From the NCBI GenBank assembly GCA_963692865.2, contig OY843592.1:1632001-1696000 (forward strand): a stretch of 64,000 nucleotides of DNA. Reading direction: 5' to 3'. Under the pieces are notes generated by a model. That model ran no database searches. It had not been told where the DNA came from and saw only the letters and a program-made list of their open reading frames with translations. Made by a program: the position numbers and the translations under genes. Below are positions 19,214-28,692 of the stretch, in pieces; the stretch's first letter is position 1; each line of letters starts with the position of its first letter. Source of the DNA: a bacterium (GTDB lineage Bacteria > UBA8248).

Positions 19214-19360
19214 CGACCCCGAGGACCCCGAGTGCCGGGGATGTGATATTTTGCTTTACGGATGCCGGAGAATTCTGATAAGTTATTGATTCCTGCCGCC
19301 CTGGTAGTGTCTTATACCGCCCCCTGAAAATGAAGTTCACTCGCCCGCCGAGGTGTTGAA

Positions 19361-22300
19361 TTGCGATTCCAACGCTTGGAGATGCAGGGGTTCAAGTCCT
19401 TCGTTGAAAAGACCGTAATCGAAATCGGCGAGGGTCTTACGGCTGTGGTCGGACCCAACGGATGCGGCAAGAGCAACGTATGCGATGCCGTCAGGTGGGT
19501 TCTGGGCGAACAGGCTCCGAAGAACATGCGCTCGAAGAAGATGGAGGATGTCATCTTCAACGGCAGCGCCGATCGAAAGCAACTCGGCATGTCCGAGGTC
19601 TCGCTCACCATCACCGACCTCAAAGGAGTGGTGACCTCTCCCGCATTCAGGGATTTTGACGAGGTGGTGGTTACCCGTCGGTTGTATCGCTCCGGGGAAA
19701 GTGAATATCTCATCAATCGCAATCCCTGTCGTCTCAAGGACATCGTCGATTTGTTTCTCGATACCGGCATTTCTCTCGACACTTTCTCCATCGTGGAGCA
19801 GGGCAAGATAGAAACTCTCGTGAACGCGAGGCCAATGGACAGGCGGATTCTGATTGAAGAGGCCGCCGGTATCATGAAATACAAAAGCAGGCGCAACGAA
19901 GCGTTGAGGAAGCTGGAGCTCGCGCAGGCGAATCTGCTTCGTGTGGCCGACATCATGCGCGAAAAAGAATCCCGCCTTCGCTCTTTGCGCCGCCAGGCGA
20001 GGAAAGCGACGTTCCATAAGGAATACCGAACTGAAATTACCGATCTTTCCCAAAAAATCATGGCGCTCGACTACCTGAAACTTGTGGATGAGCTTGTTCC
20101 GGCGGAAAAAGCGTTTGACCGTGTCAAAGAAGAAGAGCAGGCGGTATCGGCGAAACTGTCTTCTCTGGAGGCTGATAGAGAAAAAGGGCTTGTTTTGCTC
20201 GCCGAGCGCTCGGAAGCGTTGGCGGAATCTCGCCGCCGCGCAGTGGAGGTGGAGGGCTGCCTCCAGCGCCTGGAGAATCGAGTCGAGATGCTGGGCAACC
20301 GTCTCGTGGAACTCGACGCGGAAGATGAGCGTCGCGCGGAGGAAATACAGGCTCTCGACGTCGAATCCACGACCTTGGAGAACGAGAGGGTCGGGCTTGC
20401 CTCAACGCTGGAGATGCTTACGGAGCAATCGGATGTTGCGCGCCGGGAGTATGACGTCAGTGTGGCGGAGTTGGCCGCTGTTCGCGAAGCCTTGAAAGAG
20501 TTCGAACGGGTTCTTGATGAGGCCAGGCGCGATCAAGAGGAGGGAAGAGAGCGTTTGAGTGCGGCGCGTCAACAAATCGCATCCATCGAATCGAGGTGCG
20601 GGGGGATGTCCGAATCCGGAGATAGGATTGGCGAAGAGGTCGAGAAAATCAGGCGCCAACTCCAGTCGGCCCGAACCGACGTGGATGACGGGAAGAGACG
20701 GGTCGAATCGCTGGCCGCATCTGAATACCGCGCAAAACAAGAACTTGAACACGCCGGGTCGGAACATGCGAGCGCGGCGGAGTCGCTGAGCCGCCACGAG
20801 GAATCCGCGGCGGAGATCAAGGAGTCGTTGATGGAAGCGAACTCCGCTCTCTCGGTTTTAGAGGGTGTTCTTGATTCCGGCGAGAGCGGAATCGCGGATG
20901 CGGAGGCGTTCATATCCTCCGGCGCCCGAGTGTTGGCGTCTTTCTCCGATGTCATTCGCGTCGACCCGAAATTTGAAAAAGCCGTTGAAGCGGTTCTGGG
21001 AGATAAATTGCCGGGCGTGGTGGTGAAGACGCCGGGCGATGCGGTCAATGCGATTCGCGAGCTGATGGGTTCGGAGGCCGGGCGAGGCGTGGCGCTGCCG
21101 ATGGAACTGGGTGTTCAGGCGAGCGCCGTCGTCCCGCTCGGAGACGGCGTTCTGGGCGCGGCGGTGGATTTTGTGCGTTGCGATGCGGATTATCGCCCTC
21201 TCGTTCAATCGCTGCTCGGCAATGTCGTGGTGGCGGAGAATATCGATGCCGCGCAGGCGGCGTGGTGCAATGGCCCGCAAGGCGTCGTTTGCGTGACATT
21301 GAACGGCGAAATGATCCACGCGAATGGCGCGGTGGAAGGCGGGTTGAGTCGAAATGAAGGTTTTTTGGAGCGATCGAGGAGATGTGAGGAGATGCGTCTG
21401 AAAGCAGGGCGTCTCGAAGAGCAGCTTCTTGAGTTGGGGCCGATTTCTGAACAATTGAGGGGGCAACTCGCAAAAGCGGAAGGAAGAAGCCGCCATGCGG
21501 CCGAGGCGAATCAACGGGCCGAAGTGATGCGCGTGGAAGCCGAAGGGACACTCCGTCTGGCGGAAGAGAAGCGTGAGGACCTGGAAAAACGGTTGGCCGC
21601 GCTAGAGTCCACGAGAGAGGAGACGCAAGCGGAGCACGCGCGCCTCGTTGGGGCTCTCCAGGAGGCCCGGGATGAAAGTCTCCGCTCGGAGGAGATGATC
21701 CTGGAGATCGCCTCCCGGGTCCGGGAGGTCGAGAACAAGGTCGGGGACGCCGGCCTGCGGTACTCGGAGGTGGAGGCGCGCGCCACGGACAAAAAAGTCG
21801 CCTTGACGGAAATCAACGGGCGGGCGGCAGGCGGCCGGGCTGAGGTTCAACGGCTCGACGACGCGATCTCCCGGAATTCGGCCCGCAAAATCCGCAGGGA
21901 AGAAGATCGACTCGGGTCAATCGACAAGAGGAAACGCTTTCAGGAGAGCCTCGATCAGGGGAAAGAGGAAATCCGCGCCCTCCGGCATGAGAAGGCCGAG
22001 GTGGAAGCCGAACAGGCCGAGCGTGAACGCATTTTGCGGGAAGTGCAGTTGCATGATGAGAAATTGGGCGATTCGATTCGCGAGATAAAGGAAAGCCTCT
22101 CTGATCTGAACGATGCGGTCAGCGTGGCGGCGGAGCGGCGTACGACGCTTCGCGTGCAGCGGGAATCGATGGTGGAATCCGCCGAAACGGAATATCAGGT
22201 CAATCTCGAAGAGACGGCGGAGAACCGGCGGGAAGAACTTCCCCGGTACCAGGAGATTTTGAACCGCCTGGAGATGCTGACCCAGAGGCTTTCCCGCATG

Positions 22301-22945
22301 GGGGAGGTGAATCCTCTGGCTGCGCAGGAATACGATGAAATCAACCAGGAATACGTGTTTTTGCAGGAACAGCAGCAGGATTTGGAAAGTTCCATCGCCG
22401 ACCTCCACACGACGATCGAAAGGCTGAACAAGACGACGAAATCCCGCTTCCTGGCGGCGTTCGAGGAGGTGGGCAGCGCCTTCGCGGATATTTTCGGCCG
22501 CCTGTTCCAGGGGGGCGAGGCGCGCATGTACCTGCTTGACCCGAACGACCCGCTGGAGACGGGCGTCGACATAGAGGTGCGGCCGCCGGGCAAGCGTCCT
22601 TCGAACATCATGCTCCTCTCCGCCGGGGAAAAGGCGCTCACCGCCATTTCTCTGTTGTTCGCGGTCTTCAGCGTTCGGCCGAGTCCGTTCTGCATCCTCG
22701 ACGAGGTGGACGCCACCCTGGACGACGCCAACGTCGGGCGTTTCCGGGAAGTCATTGCCGAGCTCGAGGGCCGGAGCCAGTTCATCATCATCACCCATAA
22801 CAAAAAGACCATGTCTTACGCGGATCAACTCTACGGCGTGACGCAGAGGGAAAAAGGCGTCTCGGAGATCGTCTCCGTCAAGCTGAACCGCGAGGAGGCG
22901 AGAGCAAACGGCGTGGGGGAGGCGGTGCTGGAATCACAGGCGTAG
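19361..22945 (+). CDS. smc: Chromosome segregation protein SMC
   Basis: GFKSF, Walker A GPNGCGKSN, coiled coils and hinge, LSAGEK, Walker B ILDEVDATLD. Confidence 0.96.
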   Translation: MRFQRLEMQGFKSFVEKTVIEIGEGLTAVVGPNGCGKSNVCDAVRWVLGEQAPKNMRSKKMEDVIFNGSADRKQLGMSEVSLTITDLKGVVTSPAFRDFDEVVVTRRLYRSGESEYLINRNPCRLKDIVDLFLDTGISLDTFSIVEQGKIETLVNARPMDRRILIEEAAGIMKYKSRRNEALRKLELAQANLLRVADIMREKESRLRSLRRQARKATFHKEYRTEITDLSQKIMALDYLKLVDELVPAEKAFDRVKEEEQAVSAKLSSLEADREKGLVLLAERSEALAESRRRAVEVEGCLQRLENRVEMLGNRLVELDAEDERRAEEIQALDVESTTLENERVGLASTLEMLTEQSDVARREYDVSVAELAAVREALKEFERVLDEARRDQEEGRERLSAARQQIASIESRCGGMSESGDRIGEEVEKIRRQLQSARTDVDDGKRRVESLAASEYRAKQELEHAGSEHASAAESLSRHEESAAEIKESLMEANSALSVLEGVLDSGESGIADAEAFISSGARVLASFSDVIRVDPKFEKAVEAVLGDKLPGVVVKTPGDAVNAIRELMGSEAGRGVALPMELGVQASAVVPLGDGVLGAAVDFVRCDADYRPLVQSLLGNVVVAENIDAAQAAWCNGPQGVVCVTLNGEMIHANGAVEGGLSRNEGFLERSRRCEEMRLKAGRLEEQLLELGPISEQLRGQLAKAEGRSRHAAEANQRAEVMRVEAEGTLRLAEEKREDLEKRLAALESTREETQAEHARLVGALQEARDESLRSEEMILEIASRVREVENKVGDAGLRYSEVEARATDKKVALTEINGRAAGGRAEVQRLDDAISRNSARKIRREEDRLGSIDKRKRFQESLDQGKEEIRALRHEKAEVEAEQAERERILREVQLHDEKLGDSIREIKESLSDLNDAVSVAAERRTTLRVQRESMVESAETEYQVNLEETAENRREELPRYQEILNRLEMLTQRLSRMGEVNPLAAQEYDEINQEYVFLQEQQQDLESSIADLHTTIERLNKTTKSRFLAAFEEVGSAFADIFGRLFQGGEARMYLLDPNDPLETGVDIEVRPPGKRPSNIMLLSAGEKALTAISLLFAVFSVRPSPFCILDEVDATLDDANVGRFREVIAELEGRSQFIIITHNKKTMSYADQLYGVTQREKGVSEIVSVKLNREEARANGVGEAVLESQA

Positions 22946-22982
22946 CATCGTCTCGTATTTCCACGGAAGGTTTTGTTGAAGA

Positions 22983-23015
22983 CGACCCCGGAGCGCCGGC
23001 GCCGGGGTCGGTTTT
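22983..23015 (+). terminator. Putative intrinsic terminator/hairpin after smc
   Basis: 9-bp stem cgaccccgg/ccggggtcg followed by gtttt. Confidence 0.45.
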
Positions 23016-23042
23016 GCGCGGCGCGAGTCGGAGGAAACGCCT

Positions 23043-24002
23043 TTGACGTCCGGTTCCGGGAAGAGGAAAGGTTCGGGGAAAGGCGATGGCGCAAAAGGCT
23101 GGTTGGGCAGATTGCGCGACGGCCTCGCGAAGACGAGAGGGGGTTTTCTCGCCCAGGCGAGGGGTTTGCTCGCGGGACGCATCGACGAGGAAACGATCGA
23201 AGAGTTGGAAGAGGTTCTCTATATGGCGGATTTGGGTCCCCCGCTCGTCGAGGCGCTGCTGGAGAGGCTGAAAGCGGGGGAGGGCGCCGGAGCGGACGCG
23301 CAGGCGCGCATCAGGGCGATCATGCGCTCTTGTCTCGAAAGCCCCGTCCGCCCGCCCGCGTTTACGCCGCAGGCTCCTCCTGCGGGCGAACCCGGAATCA
23401 TTTTCCTGGTGGGCGTCAACGGCGTGGGGAAGACGACGACGGCCGGAAAGCTCGCATCGCGGTATTCCGCCGAAAAACTTAAAGTCATGCTCGCGGCGGG
23501 GGATACGTTCCGGGCCGCGGCCGGTGAGCAGTTGGCGGTATGGGCCGAGCGGAGCGGATGCGAAATCATCCGCCACCGGGAAGGAGCGGATTCATCCGCC
23601 GTGGTGTATGACGCCGTTCAGGCGGCGAGGGCGCGCGGCGTCGACATATTGCTCGTGGACACGGCGGGGCGCCTGCATACGAAGAAGAATCTCATGGAGG
23701 AATTAAAAAAGCTCGGGCGCGTGACGCGCCGCCTCGTCGATGCGGCCCCCCATGAGGTGCTGCTCGTGCTGGACGCCACGTCCGGGCAGAACGCGCTCGC
23801 CCAGGTGCGCGAGTTCGGCCCGGCGCTGGGCGTAACGGGCCTCGTCCTCACCAAACTCGACGGAACGGCCAGGGGCGGCGTGGCGCTGGGCGCCGCTTAC
23901 GAGAGCGGCATACCGATAAGATACGTCGGCGTGGGCGAATCGGTGGAAGACCTGGTCGATTTCGACGCCGATGCGTTCATCGAGGCGATTTTCGGCGAAT
24001 AG
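23043..24002 (+). CDS. ftsY: SRP receptor FtsY (short form, no acidic domain)
   Basis: GVNGVGKTTT, DTFRAAA, DTAGR, TKLDGTARGG. Confidence 0.96.
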   Translation: MTSGSGKRKGSGKGDGAKGWLGRLRDGLAKTRGGFLAQARGLLAGRIDEETIEELEEVLYMADLGPPLVEALLERLKAGEGAGADAQARIRAIMRSCLESPVRPPAFTPQAPPAGEPGIIFLVGVNGVGKTTTAGKLASRYSAEKLKVMLAAGDTFRAAAGEQLAVWAERSGCEIIRHREGADSSAVVYDAVQAARARGVDILLVDTAGRLHTKKNLMEELKKLGRVTRRLVDAAPHEVLLVLDATSGQNALAQVREFGPALGVTGLVLTKLDGTARGGVALGAAYESGIPIRYVGVGESVEDLVDFDADAFIEAIFGE

Positions 24003-24076
24003 TCTTTTGGGCCTTCTCGCGCCCGTTTTTGACAAGAAACGGCGAAACGTTTTGTTTATCAGTAGTTTAAGCCTCA

Positions 24077-24146
24077 AGAAATTTATCGAAAAACCTCGTG
24101 AATTTATCCGAATTTATCTGAATTCATCGAATTTTTCAGGAATTCG
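24077..24146. repeat. AT-rich ~10-bp-period repeat, inverted homologue of 1254-1318
   Basis: gaatttatcc gaatttatct gaattcatc gaatttttca units. Confidence 0.8.
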
Positions 24147-24220
24147 CCGTTTTTGAAAAACGGACGGCCCATGGTATCGCAGGGCGATCCTGCCATGCGC
24201 CCGGGAAACCGCCGCGACGC

Positions 24221-24238
24221 CAAATGCGGGCAAATGCG
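24221..24238 (+). repeat. Decamer tandem motif, copy 4
   Basis: caaatgcgggcaaatgcg, 18 bp identical to copies 1 and 3. Confidence 0.85.
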
Positions 24239-24285
24239 CCTGACCCGTAATCGGGAGCGGTCGTTTTTCGAGAGTGCGCGGCGCG

Positions 24286-27200
24286 TCAGGCGTCGCCGAC
24301 GACGACCAGCAGATCCTTGGTGTCGACCGTGGTGCCGGCCGGCGCGACGACCTTCTCGACGACGCCGCTCCGCTCGGCGCGGATCACGGTTTCCATCTTC
24401 ATCGCCTCGATCGCCACCAGCACGTCGCCCTCCTCGATCGCCTCGCCCTCACCAAAGAACACCTTGGTCACCATCCCCGGCATCGGCGCGCCGACGTGGT
24501 TGGTGTTTGCTTCCTCGGCCTTGGGCAGCGCCATGACTGCGGCGGCGGCGCTGCGGTCGGCGACGCGCACCGTCCGGGGCTGCCCGTTCAACTCGAAGAA
24601 TACCGTGCATTCGCCTTTCTGATCGGTTTCGCTTCGCGCGAGATAGCGGATGAACAGGGTGCGCCCGCGCTCGATATCGACGGCCACCTCCTCGCCCGGC
24701 TCCATCCCGTAGAAATAAACCGGCGTCGGCAGCACGCTCACGTCGCCGTATTTGCGCCGAGTGGTCGCGTAGTCGGTGAATACCTGCGGGTACATCAGCC
24801 AGGAGGCGAACTCGGCGTCGCTGATCGGGCGCTGGGCTTTCTCTTCGGCTTCCTCGCGAGAGGCTGCGAGATCGGCGTCGGGCAACACCGAGCCGGGCCG
24901 CACGGTGATCGGCTCCCTTTCTTTGAGTATCTTCTCCTGCAGTTCGCGCGGGAAGCCGCCGTGCGGCTGCCCCAACTCGCCCGCGAACAGCGAGACCACC
25001 GATTCGGGAAAGGCGATCTCGCGCTCGGGGTCCGCTACGTCTTCGGGCGTCAGCCCGCCCGTCACCATCATCAGCGCCATGTCGCCGACCACCTTCGAAG
25101 AGGGGGTGACCTTCACGATGTCGCCGAACATGCGATTGACCTCGGCAAAGGCCCGCGAGACCTCCGGCCAGCGCTGGTTGTCGATGCCCAGCGCCCGCGC
25201 CTGCTCGCGCAGATTGGTGTACTGGCCGCCCGGAATTCCGTGGTTGTAGACGTCCGAGGTGCCGGCGCGGAACTCGCTCTCGAAGGCGCGGTAGAGGTTG
25301 CGCACCTGCTCCCAGTAGGTGGATAGGGTCATCACCGTGTCGGGGTCGATTCCGGGGTCGCGCCCGGAGTGGCGCAAGGCCGCGGTGATCGAACCGAAGC
25401 TCGGCTGCGAGGTGAGGCCGCTCATCGAATCCATCGCCGCGTCCACGGCATCCACGCCGGCCTCCACGGCGGCGAGCACGCTGGCCGCGGAAATCCCGCT
25501 GGTGTCGTGGGTGTGGAAGTGGATGGGAATGCCGATCTCTTCTTTAAGCGTCTCGACGAGCGTCCGCGCCGCCGCCGGCTTGCAAAGGCCCGCCATGTCC
25601 TTGAGGCCCAGGATGTGGGCGCCCGCGGCCTCTAGTTCGCGGGCGAGCGCGACATAGTATTCGAGGTCGTACTTGGTCAGGCCCGGGTCGGTGATGTCGC
25701 CGGTGTAGCAGATCGCCGCCTCGCAGAGCTTGCCGGTCTCCAGCACCGCGTCCATCGCCGGGCGCATGTTCTCGACCCAGTTGAGCGAATCGAAGATGCG
25801 GAACAGGTCGACCCCGTTTTCGGCCGATTGTTGTACGAAATAGCGCACCACGTTGTCCGGGTAGGTGGTGTAGCCGACGCCGTTCGACGCGCGCAGGAGC
25901 ATCTGGGTCAGGAGGTTGGGCATCGCGGCGCGCAGCCGCTCCAGCCACGCCCAGGGACACTCGTTCAGGAAGCGCATCGCCACGTCGAAGGTCGCGCCGC
26001 CCCAGCATTCGACCGAGAAAAGCTGCGGCAAAAGCCGCGCATAGACGGGCGCGACCGCGATGAGGTCGTAGCTCCTGACCCGCGTCGCCAGCAGCGACTG
26101 GTGCGCGTCGCGGAACGTGGTGTCGGTCATCAGCACTTGTTCCTGCTTGAGCATCCACTGGGCGAAAGCCTCAGGACCCAGGGCGTCGAGAAGTTGCCGC
26201 GAACCGTCCTGTACCTCGTGGCCTGCCGCCTCCGGTACGCTCGGCGTCTGGCGCGTGGGCGGCTTGGGCCTTCCTTCCACCACGCTGTTGCCGTTGACGA
26301 TCACGTCCCCCAGGTAGCGCAGCAGCCGTGTCGCGCGGTCCCGCCTGTAGGCGAAGGTGAACAGCTCCGGCGTCTCATCGACGAAGCGCGTCGTGCAGGC
26401 GCCTTCCAGGAACCGGGGATGGCCGATGACGTTTTCCAGAAAGGCGAGGTTCGTGGCGACGCCGCGGATGCGGAATTCGACAATCGCCCGCCTCATCCGC
26501 CGGACCGCCTCATCGAACGTCGGCGCCCAGGCCGTCACCTTCTCCAGCAGCGAGTCGTAGAACGGCGTGATCCGCGCGCCCGAATAGGCGGTGCCGCCGT
26601 CCAGGCGCACGCCGAACCCGGTGGCGCCGCGATAGGCGGTGAGCACGCCGTAATCGGGGATGAAATTGTTCTCCGGGTCCTCGGTGGTCACCCGGCATTG
26701 CATGGCGTGGCCGTTCACCCGAACCTCGTCCTGGCCCGGGATTCCGCTCTCGGGCGCGCCGATGGCGGCTCCGCCTGCGATGCGGATCTGCGCCTTCACC
26801 AGGTCGACGCCGGTCACCACCTCGGTGACCGTGTGCTCGACCTGGATGCGCGGATTGACTTCGATGAAGTGGAACGAGCCGGCCTCGTCGTCGACGAGGA
26901 ACTCGACGGTGCCCGCGTTGTTGTAGCCGACCGCGCGGCCTATCTTGAGCGCGCTCTCGTGGATCGCCGCTCGGGTCGCGGCGTCCAGATAATGCGCCGG
27001 CGCCTGCTCGACGATCTTCTGGTTGCGCCGCTGCACCGAGCAGTCCCGCTCGTGGAGATGCGCCAGGTTGCCGTGGTTGTCCCCTAAAATCTGGACCTCC
27101 ACGTGACGCGCGCGGCGAATCAGCTTTTCGAGATAAACCTCGTCATTCCCGAACGCCGCCAGGCACTCGCGCCGCGCGGCCTCGACCGCATCGGCGAACC

Positions 27201-27750
27201 CGGCTTCACTCTCGATCATGCGCATGCCACGCCCGCCGCCGCCCCAGCTCGCCTTGAGCATGACGGGAAAACCGACCTCCCGGGCGCGCCGCGCGGCCTC
27301 GTCCGGATCGCGGGGGAGCGGGCCTGTCGCAGGCACCACCGGGACGCCGGCCGACACCGCGATTTCGCGCGCCGCCACCTTGTTGCCGAGCGCGCGCATG
27401 ATCTCAGGGCCAGGGCCTACGAAGACGATCCCTGCGTTCGCGCACGCCTCGGCGAAGTCGGGGTTCTCGGCCAGGAAGCCGTATCCGGGGTGGATCGCAT
27501 CGGCGGCGTTCTCGCGCGCTACGCGGATCACCTCGTCGATGCTGAGATAGGCCTCTATCGGGCCCATCCCCCGGCCTACCAGATAAGCCTCGTCGGCCTT
27601 GAAACGGTGCAGTGCGAACCGGTCCTCCTGCGAGTAGATTGCGATCGTCGCGATGCCGAGCTCGACCGAGGCGCGAAACACGCGGATGGCGATTTCGCTC
27701 CGGTTGGCGACCAGGATCCGGCGGAAATTGGTCTGCGGCTGGTGAATCAT
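24286..27750 (-). CDS. pyc: Pyruvate carboxylase (single-chain BC-CT-BCCP)
   Basis: ANRSEIA, GGGGRGMR, RDAHQSLLATR, ECWGGATFD, HFHTH, EAMKM. Confidence 0.97.
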   Translation of the reverse strand: MIHQPQTNFRRILVANRSEIAIRVFRASVELGIATIAIYSQEDRFALHRFKADEAYLVGRGMGPIEAYLSIDEVIRVARENAADAIHPGYGFLAENPDFAEACANAGIVFVGPGPEIMRALGNKVAAREIAVSAGVPVVPATGPLPRDPDEAARRAREVGFPVMLKASWGGGGRGMRMIESEAGFADAVEAARRECLAAFGNDEVYLEKLIRRARHVEVQILGDNHGNLAHLHERDCSVQRRNQKIVEQAPAHYLDAATRAAIHESALKIGRAVGYNNAGTVEFLVDDEAGSFHFIEVNPRIQVEHTVTEVVTGVDLVKAQIRIAGGAAIGAPESGIPGQDEVRVNGHAMQCRVTTEDPENNFIPDYGVLTAYRGATGFGVRLDGGTAYSGARITPFYDSLLEKVTAWAPTFDEAVRRMRRAIVEFRIRGVATNLAFLENVIGHPRFLEGACTTRFVDETPELFTFAYRRDRATRLLRYLGDVIVNGNSVVEGRPKPPTRQTPSVPEAAGHEVQDGSRQLLDALGPEAFAQWMLKQEQVLMTDTTFRDAHQSLLATRVRSYDLIAVAPVYARLLPQLFSVECWGGATFDVAMRFLNECPWAWLERLRAAMPNLLTQMLLRASNGVGYTTYPDNVVRYFVQQSAENGVDLFRIFDSLNWVENMRPAMDAVLETGKLCEAAICYTGDITDPGLTKYDLEYYVALARELEAAGAHILGLKDMAGLCKPAAARTLVETLKEEIGIPIHFHTHDTSGISAASVLAAVEAGVDAVDAAMDSMSGLTSQPSFGSITAALRHSGRDPGIDPDTVMTLSTYWEQVRNLYRAFESEFRAGTSDVYNHGIPGGQYTNLREQARALGIDNQRWPEVSRAFAEVNRMFGDIVKVTPSSKVVGDMALMMVTGGLTPEDVADPEREIAFPESVVSLFAGELGQPHGGFPRELQEKILKEREPITVRPGSVLPDADLAASREEAEEKAQRPISDAEFASWLMYPQVFTDYATTRRKYGDVSVLPTPVYFYGMEPGEEVAVDIERGRTLFIRYLARSETDQKGECTVFFELNGQPRTVRVADRSAAAAVMALPKAEEANTNHVGAPMPGMVTKVFFGEGEAIEEGDVLVAIEAMKMETVIRAERSGVVEKVVAPAGTTVDTKDLLVVVGDA

Positions 27751-27845
27751 AACGTTCCTTGTTTGTTCTCGCGGAACTTCCGCCTGCCGGGGTTGGATGC
27801 CAAGTCCTCGTCATCATATAGCAACTTAAAGCGGGACGCATGCGT

Positions 27846-28544
27846 GGGGCTGTTGGAAAAGTCCCTCTGACAAGGGGGGTTGGTTTCGTAGGGACAACCC
27901 TCCGTGGTTGTCCTTTTACAGGATGGCTGCTATCAGGACAGGCACGCAGGCCTGTCCCTACGGTAGGCAGCGCTTTCTTCTAGGGACCCACGGCGAATTT
28001 GGTTTTCGTTCGTCATTCCGGCGAAAGCCGGAATCCATTTTACGCCTTTTGCCTTTCGTCAGGGTTCTCGCGCATCCGCAGGGAATGAAGCGCCGTCGTT
28101 CATTCACCCGCATCCGCAAATGGATTCCGGCTTTCGCCGGAATGACGGTGAATACTCACGACGGAAGGGCTTTTTCAACACGCCCCTCAAGGGAGGAGTG
28201 ATTCTTCTCTCTACTCGGATGGAATCAACCGGATACAAGGGTCTGTAGGGACAGGCCCCCGTGCCTGTCCGAGGTGTCACGACCTGCCCATATTCATTTG
28301 CGCATCAACGCGATTGTAGGGGACGCATATATGCGTCCCTGCTTTTTTGCCTCCCGGTGATGGGCCGCATGTATGCGGCCCCTACAAAACCATCGCATCC
28401 CCACTCCTTTAGGAAGGCTTTTTCCACAGCCCCGAACGACGACCGTAGTCGGACAGGCACGGAGGCCTGTCCCTACTAAAAAGCAGGCTCCCTCAAGAGG
28501 GGGGTGGTTTGGCTCGGCCCGACAAGGGGGTTTTCGACAACCCC
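27846..28544. mobile_element. MITE-like mosaic 3 (one left TIR, three right TIRs, nested REP pairs)
   Basis: L ggggctgttggaaaag 27846-27861; R 28170-28186, 28418-28433 and 28531-28544. GTAG pairs 27888-27961 and 28245-28476, the latter enclosing 28316-28385. Perfect 30-bp CGTC IR 28011-28040/28118-28147. Confidence 0.78.
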
Positions 28545-28652
28545 CCTTCGAGGGTTTCAATATTTTCAGGCATCAGGGTTTTTCGGAAGATCGATCCGCC
28601 TCGTGGGGCAGGGGAATCCGCCATCGGCCTGGAACGCCCGCCATGGTCCGAG

Positions 28653-28666
28653 TGCGGGCAAATGCG
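28653..28666 (+). repeat. Decamer tandem motif, copy 5
   Basis: tgcgggcaaatgcg. Confidence 0.7.
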
Positions 28667-28692
28667 CACCCGGAATGGAGCGCGTTTGCGCC

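Noticed and set aside
27846-28544. CRISPR array or integron attC array
   Set aside because: The repeats are heterogeneous, inverted and irregularly spaced. There are no cas or intI genes and no ORF cassettes.
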